Assembly (NCBI RefSeq): GCF_964194155.1
Contig: NC_135901.1
Coordinates: 9,362,001-9,426,000 of the forward strand
Direction: 5' to 3'
Source of the DNA: Cetorhinus maximus
Lineage: Eukaryota
Length of the DNA stretch: 64,000 nucleotides
Part shown: positions 1 through 10,795 of the stretch, in pieces
Layout of the letters: every line of letters begins with the position of its first letter
Position numbering within the stretch: the stretch's first letter is position 1
The notes under the pieces: generated by a model
What the model was told of the DNA's origin: nothing
The model's database searches: none
The model's input: only the letters and a program-made list of their open reading frames with translations
Made by a program: the position numbers and the translations under genes

Positions 1-831
1 TCGCTGGTGAGCCCACAAGGTGGATGAATGAGCAAATCCCTTCCCACACTCAGAGCAGGTGAATGGTCTCTCCCCAGTGTGAACACGCTGGTGTGTCACT
101 AAGTTGAATGAATGACTGAATCCCTTCCCACACTCAGAGCAGGTGAATGGTCTCTCCCCAGTGTGAACTCGCTTGTGCTTCTGCAGTGCGGATGAATCAA
201 TGAAGCCCTTCCCACACTCAGAGCAGGTGAACGGCCTCTCCCCTGTGTGTATTTGCTGGTGTAACAGGAGGTGGGACGACTGAGTGAATCCCTTCCCACA
301 TGTGGAACAGGTGAACGGCCTCTCTCCGGTGTGACTGCGTCGGTGAATCTCCAGCTTAGATGGGGATCCGAATCCCTTCCCACACTCAGAGCAGGCGAAC
401 GGTCTCTCTCCGGTGTGAATTCGCTCATGTGCCACGAGGTGGGATGAGTTAATAAATCTCTTCCCACACTCAGAGCAGGTGAATGGCCTCTCCCCAGTGT
501 GAACTCGTTGGTGTGTCAGCAAGTTGGATGAATGAGTGAATCTCTTCCCACACTTGGAGCAGGAGAATGGTTTCTCCCCAGTGTGAACTCGCTGGTGTGA
601 CTGCAGGTTGGATGACTTAGTGAATCCCTTCCCACAGTCAGAGCAGGTGAACGGTCTCTCCCCATTGTGAACTCGCTCATGCTTCCGCAGTGCAGATGAA
701 TCAATGAATCCCTTCCCACACTCGGAGCAGGTGAACGGTCTCTCCCCGGTGTGACTACGTCGATGAATCTCCAGCTCTGATGGGGATCTGAGTCCCTTCC
801 CACAGTCCCCACATTTCCATGGTTTCTCCAT
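1..831 (-). CDS. C2H2 zinc-finger protein ZNF-A (partial, runs off window start)
   Basis: Manual translation from ATG at 831: [42 protein letters not shown]...; about 10 tandem fingers with TGERPF linkers and no stop to position 1. Absent from the ORF track because the stop lies outside the window. Acceptor ttttgcag| at 1193. Confidence 0.9.
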   Translation of the reverse strand, partial: MEKPWKCGDCGKGLRSPSELEIHRRSHTGERPFTCSECGKGFIDSSALRKHERVHNGERPFTCSDCGKGFTKSSNLQSHQRVHTGEKPFSCSKCGKRFTHSSNLLTHQRVHTGERPFTCSECGKRFINSSHLVAHERIHTGERPFACSECGKGFGSPSKLEIHRRSHTGERPFTCSTCGKGFTQSSHLLLHQQIHTGERPFTCSECGKGFIDSSALQKHKRVHTGERPFTCSECGKGFSHSFNLVTHQRVHTGERPFTCSECGKGFAHSSTLWAHQR

Positions 832-1876
832 GATGCAGGTGTCCTTGTGCCTCTCCAGGCTCGACGATCAGTTGAAGCCTCGTCTGGACACAGGCCACAT
901 GTGCAGCCTCTCCTCACTGTGAATTGTGAGATGTTTTTTCAACTGGGTAACCAGTAAAAGTTCTTTCCACAGTCAGTGCACCAGGACCTCTGACTCAGCT
1001 CTGTGTGTCTCGATGTTTTACCAGTCACACTGATGTTTAAAACCTTTTGAAGCAGACAATACAGACAAACATTTCTCCTTCTAGATTCAAAGGCCAATGA
1101 TATTCTGGTCCTCATAAACTAAGTGATTTTGTCAGATCTTCATGTGACGTTTGATTTGAGATTTCTTTCTGCAAATCCTCTCCTTCTAATATCTGCAAAA
1201 GGAGTTTACAAAAGTCATCACTGTCAGTACAGGATAGAAACTCAGAACAGGCAATTCTCGTTTCTATGAAACATTCATTCTTCTCCCATTCAAAAGTCAT
1301 CCCAGACACCTACTCTCCATTCCCACTTTGCCGTACTTAATATTCGGCTTCCCAATGCTCCTGAAGAAGCGATTCATGCTGAGATCAATGGTCAGGGCTT
1401 CATGTCCTGGAGACAGGGACCTGAAAATATTTATGCTAGTCTATGTACATATAACTGACTAAAAATGTGTTTTAATCAGTACTATATTTTTTAAAAATAG
1501 AAATAATAATAAATGTGCTATATTACAGTACCATCAATAATTTATATAAAATGTCTACTATATAACACAAGGCATATCTACGTCCTATATTAATTTCCTG
1601 TCCCTTAAATGTCAGCCATCTCCTGGGAAAGCCACCCCTTTAATTGTGAGCATGAGGAAAGGAGCCATTCTTTTAGCCATATAATAAATATGTCAAGCTG
1701 ACAGAGCAAAGGATGTCAGTGTCTTTAAGGGAGAGAGAGAGACCTGGGCCAACCTTTCCAGAGTCAGCGTCCTCCCTGGATTCACCTCCTTTCCCTTCAG
1801 TTCCTGCAAGTCAACAATTTAAACCCAGAATTAGAAAAGAAATGCAATGGGAAAGAAAATAAAATGTTTTACTCAC

Positions 1877-1962
1877 AGATGTTGGGCACAGGAGGAACAT
1901 TTGGTGTGTGTGAAGCTAAATCTTCATTCAGAGAGAGTGGAGCAGCAGCAGCAGTTTAACAC
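1877..1962 (-). other. putative 86-nt non-coding exon 2 of ZNF-A
   Basis: Minus strand reads ttttctctttccttcag|GTGTTAAAC...CAACATCT|gtgagt: strong acceptor and donor between the promoter (~4.3 kb) and the ZF exon. Confidence 0.55.
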
Positions 1963-2584
1963 CTGAAGGAAAGAGAAAAAGTTTATTGTTAAGGTGTCTG
2001 ATGTGACAAAGAATAAAGTGAATCTGGGGACAAGGATGGCTTTGAGATAGTGTGATTCGGTGCTGCTGGAGAGAGGGGTCGAGTGTGTACATATGGTGGC
2101 ACATGGCACTGAGTGAGAACAGATCTCCGAGGAACATTGTATGTCCTGGAGATACCTGTAATCCTGGGTGGATTCAAAACACGAGGGATGGAACTTCAGT
2201 TGGAATCCACATGGGGTAAGTCGGACATGGAGACAATCGCTGAGGAAGGAAATATGGCTGTGAAAGCGAGTTTTAGGAAACACCTTACCAAATCCCAGGG
2301 GGTAAATGGTAAGCAATGAAGGTGAACATGGTGAAAGAGACAAACAGAAATCCACTTCGGAGAGAAGAGCAATACTTCCTCAAGGTAGGCATTCCTGGAA
2401 GAGAAGTGGCAGTGATTTAAACTGTAAAATAAACGTAAAATACTGTGGATGCTGGAAATCTGAAATAAAAACAAAAATGCTGGAAAAACTCAGCAGGTCT
2501 GGCAGCATCTGTGGAGACAAAAACAGAGTTAACGTTTCAAGTTCATGTGCTCTGAAGAAGTCAAACAGACTCGAAATGTTAACT
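1955..2584 (-). mobile_element. older Penelope-like element: terminal repeat plus degenerate 5' ORF part
   Basis: Terminal repeat (gatgctgccagacctgctgag... family) is contiguous with frameshifted ORFs 1924-2355 and 1928-2137. Its inverted arm resumes at 3669-3770 after a nested insertion. Assigning the ORF to Penelope rests on adjacency and recall. Confidence 0.6.
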
Positions 2585-3656
2585 TATCACCCTACCAGCC
2601 TCCGCATTCAAAGGATCATCCTCCGCCATTTCCGCCAACTCCAGCATGATGCCACCACCAAACACATCTTCCCTTCACCCCCCCAGGCGGCATTCCATAG
2701 GGATCGTTCCCTCCGGGACACCCTGGTCAACTCCTCCATCACCCCCTACTCCTCAACCCCCACCTACGACACCTCCCCATGCATACGCAAAAGATGCAAC
2801 ACCTGCCCCTTCACTTCCTCTCTCCTCACTGTCCAAGGGCCCAAACACTTCTTTCAAGTGAAGCAGCATTTCACTTGCATTTCCCCCAACTTAGTCTACT
2901 GCATTCGTTGCTCCCAATGCGGTCTCCTCTACATTGGAGAGACCAAACGCAGACTGGGCGACCACTTTGCGGAACACCTTCGGTCTGTCCGCAAGAATGA
3001 CCCAGACCTCCCTGTCGCTTGCCATTTTAACACTCCACCCTGCTCTCTTGCTCACATGTCTGTCCTTGGCTGGCTGCATTGTTCCAGTGAAGCTCAACGC
3101 AAACTGGAGGAACAGCACCTCATCTTCTGAATAGGCACTTTACAGCCTTCCAGACTGAATATTGAATTCAACAACTTTAGATCTTGAACTCCCTCCTCCA
3201 TCCCCACCCCCTTTCTGTTTCTTCCCCCTCCCTTTTGTTTTTTCCAATAATTTATATAGCTTTCTCTATTCCCACCTATTTCCATTATTTTTAAATCTAT
3301 ACCTTTTATGCCCTTTTAGTCTTATTTCACCCCACTCCCACTAGAGCTGTACCTTGCGTGTCCTGCCATCCATTCTTAATTAGCACATTCTTTTAGATAA
3401 TATCACCTTTGTTCCTTTGTCTGTGACATCTTTTGATTATCTGCTCCTATCACTGCTTACTTGTCCCTACAACCACCCCGCCCCCTACTTCTCTCCCACC
3501 ACCCCCCCACCTTAAACCAGCTTATATTTCACCCCTCTCCTATTTTTACTTAGTTCTGTTGAAGGGTCATGAGGACTCAAAACGTCAACTGTGTTCTTCT
3601 CCGCCGATGCTGCCAGACCTGCTGAGTTTTTCCAGGTAATTCTGTTTTTGTTTTTA
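2583..3656 (+). mobile_element. 5'-truncated Penelope-like element with GIY-YIG endonuclease
   Basis: ORF 2306-3130 C-terminal part NLVYCIRCSQCGLLYIGETKRRLGDHFAEH is a GIY-YIG motif; premature TGA at 3128. Flanked by direct repeat tcgaaatgttaa (2571-2582 / 3657-3668). Confidence 0.9.
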
Positions 3657-3836
3657 TCGAAATGTTAATTGTTTCCCTCTCCACAGATGCTGCCAGACCT
3701 GCTGAGTATTTCCCAGCATTTTCTGTTTTTATATCAGATTTCTAGCATCCGCAGTATTTTGCTTTTATTATACTCTTTCGAGTTATCAACAGTCACAGAT
3801 TGCAACTCTTTGAGTACAATCACAGTTCTTGGTTTT

Positions 3837-3906
3837 CCAGGAGTGGGATATGAACCCACAACCCTCTGATTCAAAGGCGAGGGTGCTATGAACTGAGCCA
3901 CAGCTC
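3837..3906 (-). mobile_element. tRNA-derived SINE head
   Basis: Reverse complement gctgtggctcagttcatagcaccctcgcctttgaatcagagggttgtgggttcatatcccactcc has A-box- and B-box-like motifs; a similar head occurs at ~61945-62005 (+). Confidence 0.6.
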
Positions 3907-4019
3907 AGCAGCAGTTTTATTAGGCAGTAAAGAGCAGGTTAACAAGCTCATTGTCTCAGCCCACATTCACGGCGTTGGCAGCAAAGGCAGCCTTTCTCTC
4001 CGAGTCACCGGGACCCTCA

Positions 4020-4420
4020 GGCCCCGCCCACTCTCTGTTGCGTCATCCAGATGGCCGCGTAAACCCACCGCCGCCCGCTGGACCAATATGGCGGCCGCTA
4101 ACCTGGTGCTGGACCGGGAAAAATGTCCTGGAACTGCGATTACGGGACCTGCAGCGTCTTATTCCTGGATTGCGGCCTGCAGTGAGCGTTTATGAAGCCT
4201 CCGCTTCCTCCTCACCCCGACTCCTGGTTCCATTCCTCATTCCGCCCCATCGACACTCACCCGCTGAGAAACGCCTCCCCCTCTCTCGCTCAGCTCTGGT
4301 CAAATTGATAATGCGCATGCTCCAGCTAGAGTACAGCACTGCGCCTGCGCACCGCTCTCCTGTAATATGAATAGGGCACTTTCACATCCGCAGGGAATGT
4401 TGGGTAACAGCAGCGCCATT
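4020..4420 (-). promoter_or_regulatory. CpG-rich promoter and exon 1 of ZNF-A
   Basis: YY1-like atggcggc (4088), NRF1-like tgcgcatgc / tgcgcctgcgca (4312-4351), ZNF143-like ttacccaacattccctgcg (minus, 4389-4407), donor GTGAGT at 4260. Confidence 0.7.
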
Positions 4421-5269
4421 TGAATTTTAAAGCGGGAATAGAACGTAATTGGAACCCAATTGCGATAAATTAATTTTTAAAATCACACATATATCCTACT
4501 GAATAGGTGCTGTGCCATTCTTTATTTCTTTAAGTGATTTAAACCATTGCTTACTGAGCTTTTGAAGATTTTCCGACTGGTTCCCCTCTGTCTCTCCTCC
4601 CTGAAGGTGCTGACTCCAGCTCGGTTAAATCACACCGTCACTGGTTCTTTTCTTTCTCTTCTATCCCCTGATACCGAATATCCACTGTTTTATAGGATGA
4701 TGCAGCATAGATTGAACCCATTCAGTCCATTATGCCTATGCTAGCTTTTTGAAAGATCTATCCAATAAATTCCACAGCCCTGCTGGCACTGTCAGGACAA
4801 TGTATATCTGCTGTAGTAATGCAAGAGGTGAATGGATAAGGCTTTCCAGTTGCACACTTCTCAGACACACTCACCCCTGTGGAAAGATCGATTGACCAGT
4901 ATATGAAGCAGATATTAAGGGTTCACTGATATAAAAACAGAAAGTGCAGGAAAACTCAACATGTCTGGCAGCACCTGGGGAGAGAGAAACAGAGTCCAGG
5001 TGACGAATGGATCTAGCCATTTGTGGGGCCAGCACCAGGAACAAGTGACCATGAAAGCTGTAGGATTATAAAACCCAACTAATTCATTCATGCCCATCAG
5101 GGAAGGGAACCTTCCACCCAGTCTGGGCCTACTCAAGACTCTGGCCTCTATGGAAGCAGATAGAGAGGTAAAAGGTTTGGGGCCCTTGGAGGGGGGATGA
5201 TACTGAAGGAGAGGGATCTTATACATTGTCATGTCGACAAGAACTTAGACAGAACCTTCTAAAACTGAC

Positions 5270-6050
5270 TTCGACCCATTTGAAAGACAATAACAGAAGG
5301 TGCATGCAAAAATCTCCAAGTTCCCTCCAAGTCACACACATCATCCTGACTTGGGCATATATTACCGTTCCTTCATCATTGTTGGGTGAAAATCCTGCAA
5401 CCCCTTACCACACAGCATTGTTAAAGCACCTTCACCACAAGGACTGCCATGGATCAAGAAGGCCCACAATCACCTTAATGTGGAGTAGGTTGGATCATTT
5501 TTATTAGTCTTTTGCGGGATGTGGGTATTGCTGGCGAGGCCAGCGTTTATATCTCACTCCTAATTGCCCTGGAGAAGATGGTGGTGATCCACCTTCTTGA
5601 ACTGCTACATTTATGTGGCATAGGTACACCCACAGTGGAGCTAGGAAGGCAGTTCCAGGGTTTTGATACACCAATAGTGAAGGAACAGTGATTTAGTTCC
5701 CAAGTCAAGATGGTGTGTGGCTTGTGAGGAGGCGGGGGGGTGTGGGGGCAGGGGTGGGGGGAGCTTGTAGATGCTGGTGTTCGCACGTGTCTGTTCGCCT
5801 TGTTCTTCTAGGTGGTAGAGGTTGTGTATTTGAAAAGTGTTGTAGAACAAAATTAATGAGTTGCTTCAGTGCATCTCGTAGGTGGTATGCACTGTTGCCA
5901 CTCTGTGTCGGTGGTGGAGGGAGTGGATGTTAAAGGTGGTGAGTGGCTCAAGCGGACAGCCTTGTCCAGGATGGTGCTGAACTTCTAGAGTGTAATTGGA
6001 GCCACACTCATCCACTATGTTTGCTGGCCTTGCTCGCAAAAGCCCACGCC
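5270..6050. mobile_element. CR1-group LINE 3' fragments in both orientations
   Basis: Same tail sequence (aagttcccctccaagtcac...catcctgacttgg...) as 29130-29880 and many other copies in the window. Confidence 0.7.
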
Positions 6051-6439
6051 ACAAAAATTAATTTAAGAGAACGAAATGTAAATGAATTAAAAGCCTATAC
6101 TGAAATTATTGTTCTGAAAACAATATTTGTTTACATTGTAGGGGCTGTGTCTGTTTAGCAACCTCACTTGGTAGTCCCACACATTGAGAATTGTTGGGCT
6201 GCACTGTGCTGAAAACTGCTCAGAAGCTCCTCCTTCATCTCCACTCCTGTTCAAACTGATGCAACACTAAAGGTCTACTCAGGAGGCCAGGGGCAGACAA
6301 GGGCATCCAACTCCAATACTGAGGCAACTACTGATAATATTAAGTAGGTTAAGCAAAATCTGTGCATCGAGAAGCAAGAAAGAATTTCATGCCGTTGACT
6401 TTTTGTCAGGATGCAGTGAAAACCTTACAGACAGCTGCT

Positions 6440-6780
6440 GATTAATGGCGACATTAGTCCCACAATCCCCTGCGTCCCAGAAACCGCTCTATTCAACTCA
6501 CGCCTTTCCCCAGGCGCTGAGAGTGCGCATGCTCCCCTGGACCAGCCGCTGGGCATTCTGGGCGGTCCCTTTGTTGTGAGTCGGACTCGGTGGAAATGCC
6601 GAAGAAACCTGGAAGCGGCGGCGAGGATGGGAGAGGCGCTGCAGCATCGCTTTAATGGGCAGCCCTGACCCCCAGCCCGGGGAGATCACCGCACGGCCGC
6701 CGGGCCCGGCCGCTCTCATTCGGCCTCTGAGAGCCGCACTCGCAGTTCCTGAGGCTGCACTCGCCCCCCGCTCAGTTTCT
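6440..6780 (+). promoter_or_regulatory. CpG-rich promoter and exon 1 of ZNF-B (divergent from ZNF-A)
   Basis: ZNF143-like tcccacaatcccctgcg (6458-6474), NRF1 gtgcgcatgc (~6523-6532), donor gtgagt at 6576, acceptor ttttgtag| at 7493. Confidence 0.65.
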
Positions 6781-7705
6781 CCATTGAATCCTGTTTCTCT
6801 CCTTGTTTCTCCCAACTCAGATTCACCGCCTCATTTTCTTTTCTTCCTCTGAGCCCCTGAACTCCATCTGACAGGGTCATGTTGGAGAGCGGGCATTGAC
6901 TGTCCTGGGAAACAACAGCAAGAGGAGCTCAGAGGCCGGAGGGGCAAAGGAGCAGCGAGTTCAGTCACCAATCAGGGGGGATTGAGGACTGGACCCTGAG
7001 TCAGTCAGTCAGGGGAGTCAGAGTGAACCCCTGGGGAATCAGCCATCTCTGAAAAATTGAATGAGTATCTCTTTTATCAACAACACTATTTCATATTTGT
7101 CAGTATTTTTATTTATTCTTTGTTATCTTAATCCCAGGACATCGCTGCTGGAGTTCCTCAGGGCAGTATCCTAGGCCTAACCACCTTCAGCTGCTTTATC
7201 AATAACCTTTCTTCCATCATAAGTCAGACTTGGGAATATATCGCTGTTCCTTCACCGTTGCTGGGTCAAAATCCTGGTACTTTCTTTCGAACTGCACCTA
7301 CACCACGTGGACTACAGGCAGTTCAAGGAAGTGGCTCACCACCGCCTTCTCAAGGCAATTCCAGATGGGCAACAAATACTGGCCTTGTAAGTGACACCAA
7401 CATCGCATGAACAGATTAGAAAAAGGAAAGAAACTAGGATTGTGTTGTTCTGGATTTCTATCCTGTACTGACTTTTGTGAATCCCTTTTGTAGGATATTT
7501 GAACAGGAAGATTTGCTGACAGGAAACTCAAACCAAACATCACGTCAAAGTCTGACCGATTCACTCAATACATCAGGAGCTGGATATCACTGAATGTGTA
7601 ATATGGACGGAGAAATGTTTTAATCAGTTGCACAGCCTGAAAAAGCTTCACACCTTTCACAGTGGGAATAAACTGTGTGGACGAGGTTTGATCTGATCAT
7701 CCAAC

Positions 7706-8407
7706 ATGGACAGCCACAAGGACACCGGCACCACGGAGAAACCATGGAAATGCGGGGACTGTGGGAAGGGATTTGGTTCCCCATCAAAGCTGGAAATTCA
7801 TCAACGCAGCCACACTGGGGAGAGGCCGTTCACCTGCTCCATGTGTGGGAAGGGATTCACTCATTCATCCAACCTTCTGAGACACCAGCGCGTTCACACT
7901 GAACAGAGTTCAGTCATCTGCTCCATGTGTGGGAAGGCAATCGGTCATTCATCAAACTTTCAGAGGCACCAGCAAACTCACAGTGGAGAGAGGCCATTCA
8001 AATGCTCCGTGTGTGGGAAGGGGTTCACTCAGTCATCCTACCTGCTGACACACCAGCGCATTCATACGAGGGAGAGTCCGTTCATCTGTTCTTTGTGTGG
8101 GGAGGGATTTAATCGATTATTTAGTCGGCCATCCAAACTACTGACACACCAGGGAATTCACACTGGGGAGAGGCCATTCACCTGCTCCATGTGTGGGAAG
8201 GGATTCACTAATTCATCTGACCTGCTAACACACCAGCGAGTTCACACTGTTGAGAGGCCATTCACATGTTCCGTGTGTGGAAAGGGATTCACTCGATCAT
8301 CCCACCTTCTGACACACCAACTTGTTCATACTGATCAGAGACCCTTTGAATGTTCATACTGTGAGAAGGCCTTTAAAAGTAAAAAGGATCTGCTGACACA
8401 CCAATGA
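7706..8407 (+). CDS. C2H2 zinc-finger protein ZNF-B, C-terminally truncated
   Basis: 233-aa ORF with about 7 fingers, one carrying an insertion. TGA at 8405 interrupts an HQRVH motif; one more finger follows to the ancestral stop at 8501-8503. Confidence 0.8.
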   Translation: MDSHKDTGTTEKPWKCGDCGKGFGSPSKLEIHQRSHTGERPFTCSMCGKGFTHSSNLLRHQRVHTEQSSVICSMCGKAIGHSSNFQRHQQTHSGERPFKCSVCGKGFTQSSYLLTHQRIHTRESPFICSLCGEGFNRLFSRPSKLLTHQGIHTGERPFTCSMCGKGFTNSSDLLTHQRVHTVERPFTCSVCGKGFTRSSHLLTHQLVHTDQRPFECSYCEKAFKSKKDLLTHQ

Positions 8408-10019
8408 GTTCACACTGAGGAGAGGCCATTCACCTGCTCCGTGTGTGGGAAGGGATTCACTCAGTCAGGCTCCTGGCTGACACACCAACGAGTTCACAAG
8501 TGACTGTAGGGGTTGGATTCTGCATTTTTTGCTGCTGTTAATCATGTTCAGGATTGAATTCTTTCATTCTGACAGTTGGGGTTGTTTCTGCAGATTTTAC
8601 TGGACCATATAATTGGGCTGCTGTTTATTATTCTGTATAGATGTCGAATAGCATGTCAAGCTTTGGTTTGAACACATTGTTGTAGATTTTTATCCTTCCC
8701 ACTTGAGTGTTTAACATCACCTGGTTGGAGCTCAGAAAGGACAATCTGGGGGAGGATCGCACGGCAGGAACAGAACTTCAGCCTGGACACAGTCCTTCAG
8801 GGTCATGCTGAGAGGGACAAATGGCACTTTGGCCTTACTCATTTCTCTTCACTGACAGCAAAACCCACATGTGGATTAATCCTGAGGTGTGCAAGAAATG
8901 TGTCACAGCCACTTCTGTGCAGTACATACAGCCTAAAGATGACCAAGGTCAGGTTGTGTGGAGTCCAAGGCCACATAGAAAAATGGATGGAAAAATACAA
9001 ACTCCCTATAAATCTAACCCTCTGATTTCTGGTTTGTCACCATGGTGGTTCAAAGCTCCTAGGTGCAGAGCAGAAGGCTCCTTTACAACTGTGGCTATTC
9101 AACCTGAGTCAGGCAGACTGGAAATGTGCTGTTAAATCAGAGATCTGGGTAAAACTGTGCTCTATCCTTGACTGAAACTTAAACACCAGGATTAAGTTTC
9201 CAGTTTAAAAGTGACTGTGATTATTCTGTGAAGTTTTAAAGATATTTTAGTGACAGTCCTGAATCTACCACTTTAAGCCAACGTCAACAACAACTTGTAT
9301 TGATATAGCACTTTTAACATAATAAAATGCAGTTCAATTATATCGTTTAAAGCCTGTATTAAAATAACACATGCAAAAGTTCGCAAGATCGTGTTAACTG
9401 CTGGGACAATTATACAACAGACATTTGATCTCCAGGTAATGAAGAACCTGCAGCATGTTTCCAGGAACTCCCTGTTTTATTCATGTGTGCATTTTAGATC
9501 CAAGGATTTTGTTGCAGTCTTGCTCAGTATTAACTGCATCAGGTCCTTGTGTCCTTGTTCAGGCAGCAACAGAATTAAAGATTTAATGAACTATGCTACA
9601 AAGTTTTGTTGATTGGGAATTCTTATCAGTGATTTACTGTAACTCTGTCCCAAATTTTAAAATTGGAGTTTCAATTTCTGGGTCCAAATCATTTATGTAA
9701 ATTGTGAATAACAGTGGTCCTAGCATTACTCCATGTGGAACACCACTTCTCACCTTTTACCAGTCTTGAGTAGCTATTCTTAACCTCTTCTGTCTGTTTT
9801 CTGTTTTGTAACCTGCTTGCTATCCATAACAGTGTGTACAATCTACAAGGTTACCAAGTAATTCACCAAGGCTCCTTTGACAGCACCTTCCAAACCCACA
9901 ACCACTACCATCTAGAAGGACAAAGGCAGCAAATAGGTGGAAACACAACCCCCTGGGAGTTCCCCTCCAAGTCACTCACCATCCTGACTTGGAAATATAT
10001 CATCGTTCCTTCACTTTTA

Positions 10020-10535
10020 ATTCAACATCGGGGACTTCACACAGGAGAGAGACCATTCACCTGCTCCAAGTGTGAGAAGAGATTCAGGTCTTCGACACAC
10101 CTCACAAAACACTTACGTGTGCACACTGGAGAGGCTGTTCACCTGCCCTGAGTGTGGGAAGAGATTCAGGTGTTCACCCCGCCTCACTGAACAACTACAT
10201 GTGCACCCAGGGGAGAGGCCATTCACCAACTCTGAGTGTGGAAAGGGATTCACTTGTCATCCCAACTTGCTGAACACAAGCGTGTTCACACTGGAGAGAA
10301 ACCTTTTGTCTGCTCCATGTGTGGGAAGGGATTCACTACGTCATCCCAGCATCTGACACACCAGCAGGTTCACACTGAGGAGAGACCATTCACCTGCTCC
10401 ACGTGTGGGAAGAGACTCAGTCGTTCATCCACCTTGCAGAGACACCATCAAGTTCACACTGGGGAGAGGCCATTCCTCTGCTCCAAGCGTGGGAAGGGAT
10501 TCACTCAGTTATCCCACCTGCTGAGACACCAGTGA
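10020..10535 (+). pseudogene. ZNF-C pseudogene
   Basis: ZF repeats split over three frames (ORFs 9834, 10072, 10236), lost Cys residues, 5' part replaced by LINE sequence. Confidence 0.8.
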
Positions 10536-10795
10536 GTCCACAAGGTGTTTGATTCTGCTGATATTGCTGCTGATAATCACATCCAGGACTGAACCATGTT
10601 CATTCTGACAGAATTCTGGCTTTCTGAATTGGGGTTTGGTGTCCAATGAATCACCTTTGTGTGTGCCAACTCCTTGATTTCTCCAGGATAAAAGGAGACT
10701 CATTGGCTTCTTGTTACTGACTGCTCCATTTTTGGATCTTTTTGGGATAGAAAGCTGACAAATCCCTGGATCTCACTGCCTACATTCCAGGATTC

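Noticed and set aside
99-917. ORFs with repeated [15 protein letters not shown] motifs (also 7675, 17701, 39919, 57045, 57300)
   Set aside because: These are alternative-frame shadows of C2H2 finger repeats.
1112-1309. ILEGEDLQ-containing ORFs as a KRAB-like effector domain
   Set aside because: They span the intron/acceptor boundary and are separated from the ZF frame by stops or frameshifts in the copies examined; no KRAB consensus.
2306-3130. 274-aa ORF as a stand-alone GIY-YIG gene
   Set aside because: The N-terminal third is antisense older Penelope sequence joined across a TSD, and the nuclease part ends in a premature stop.
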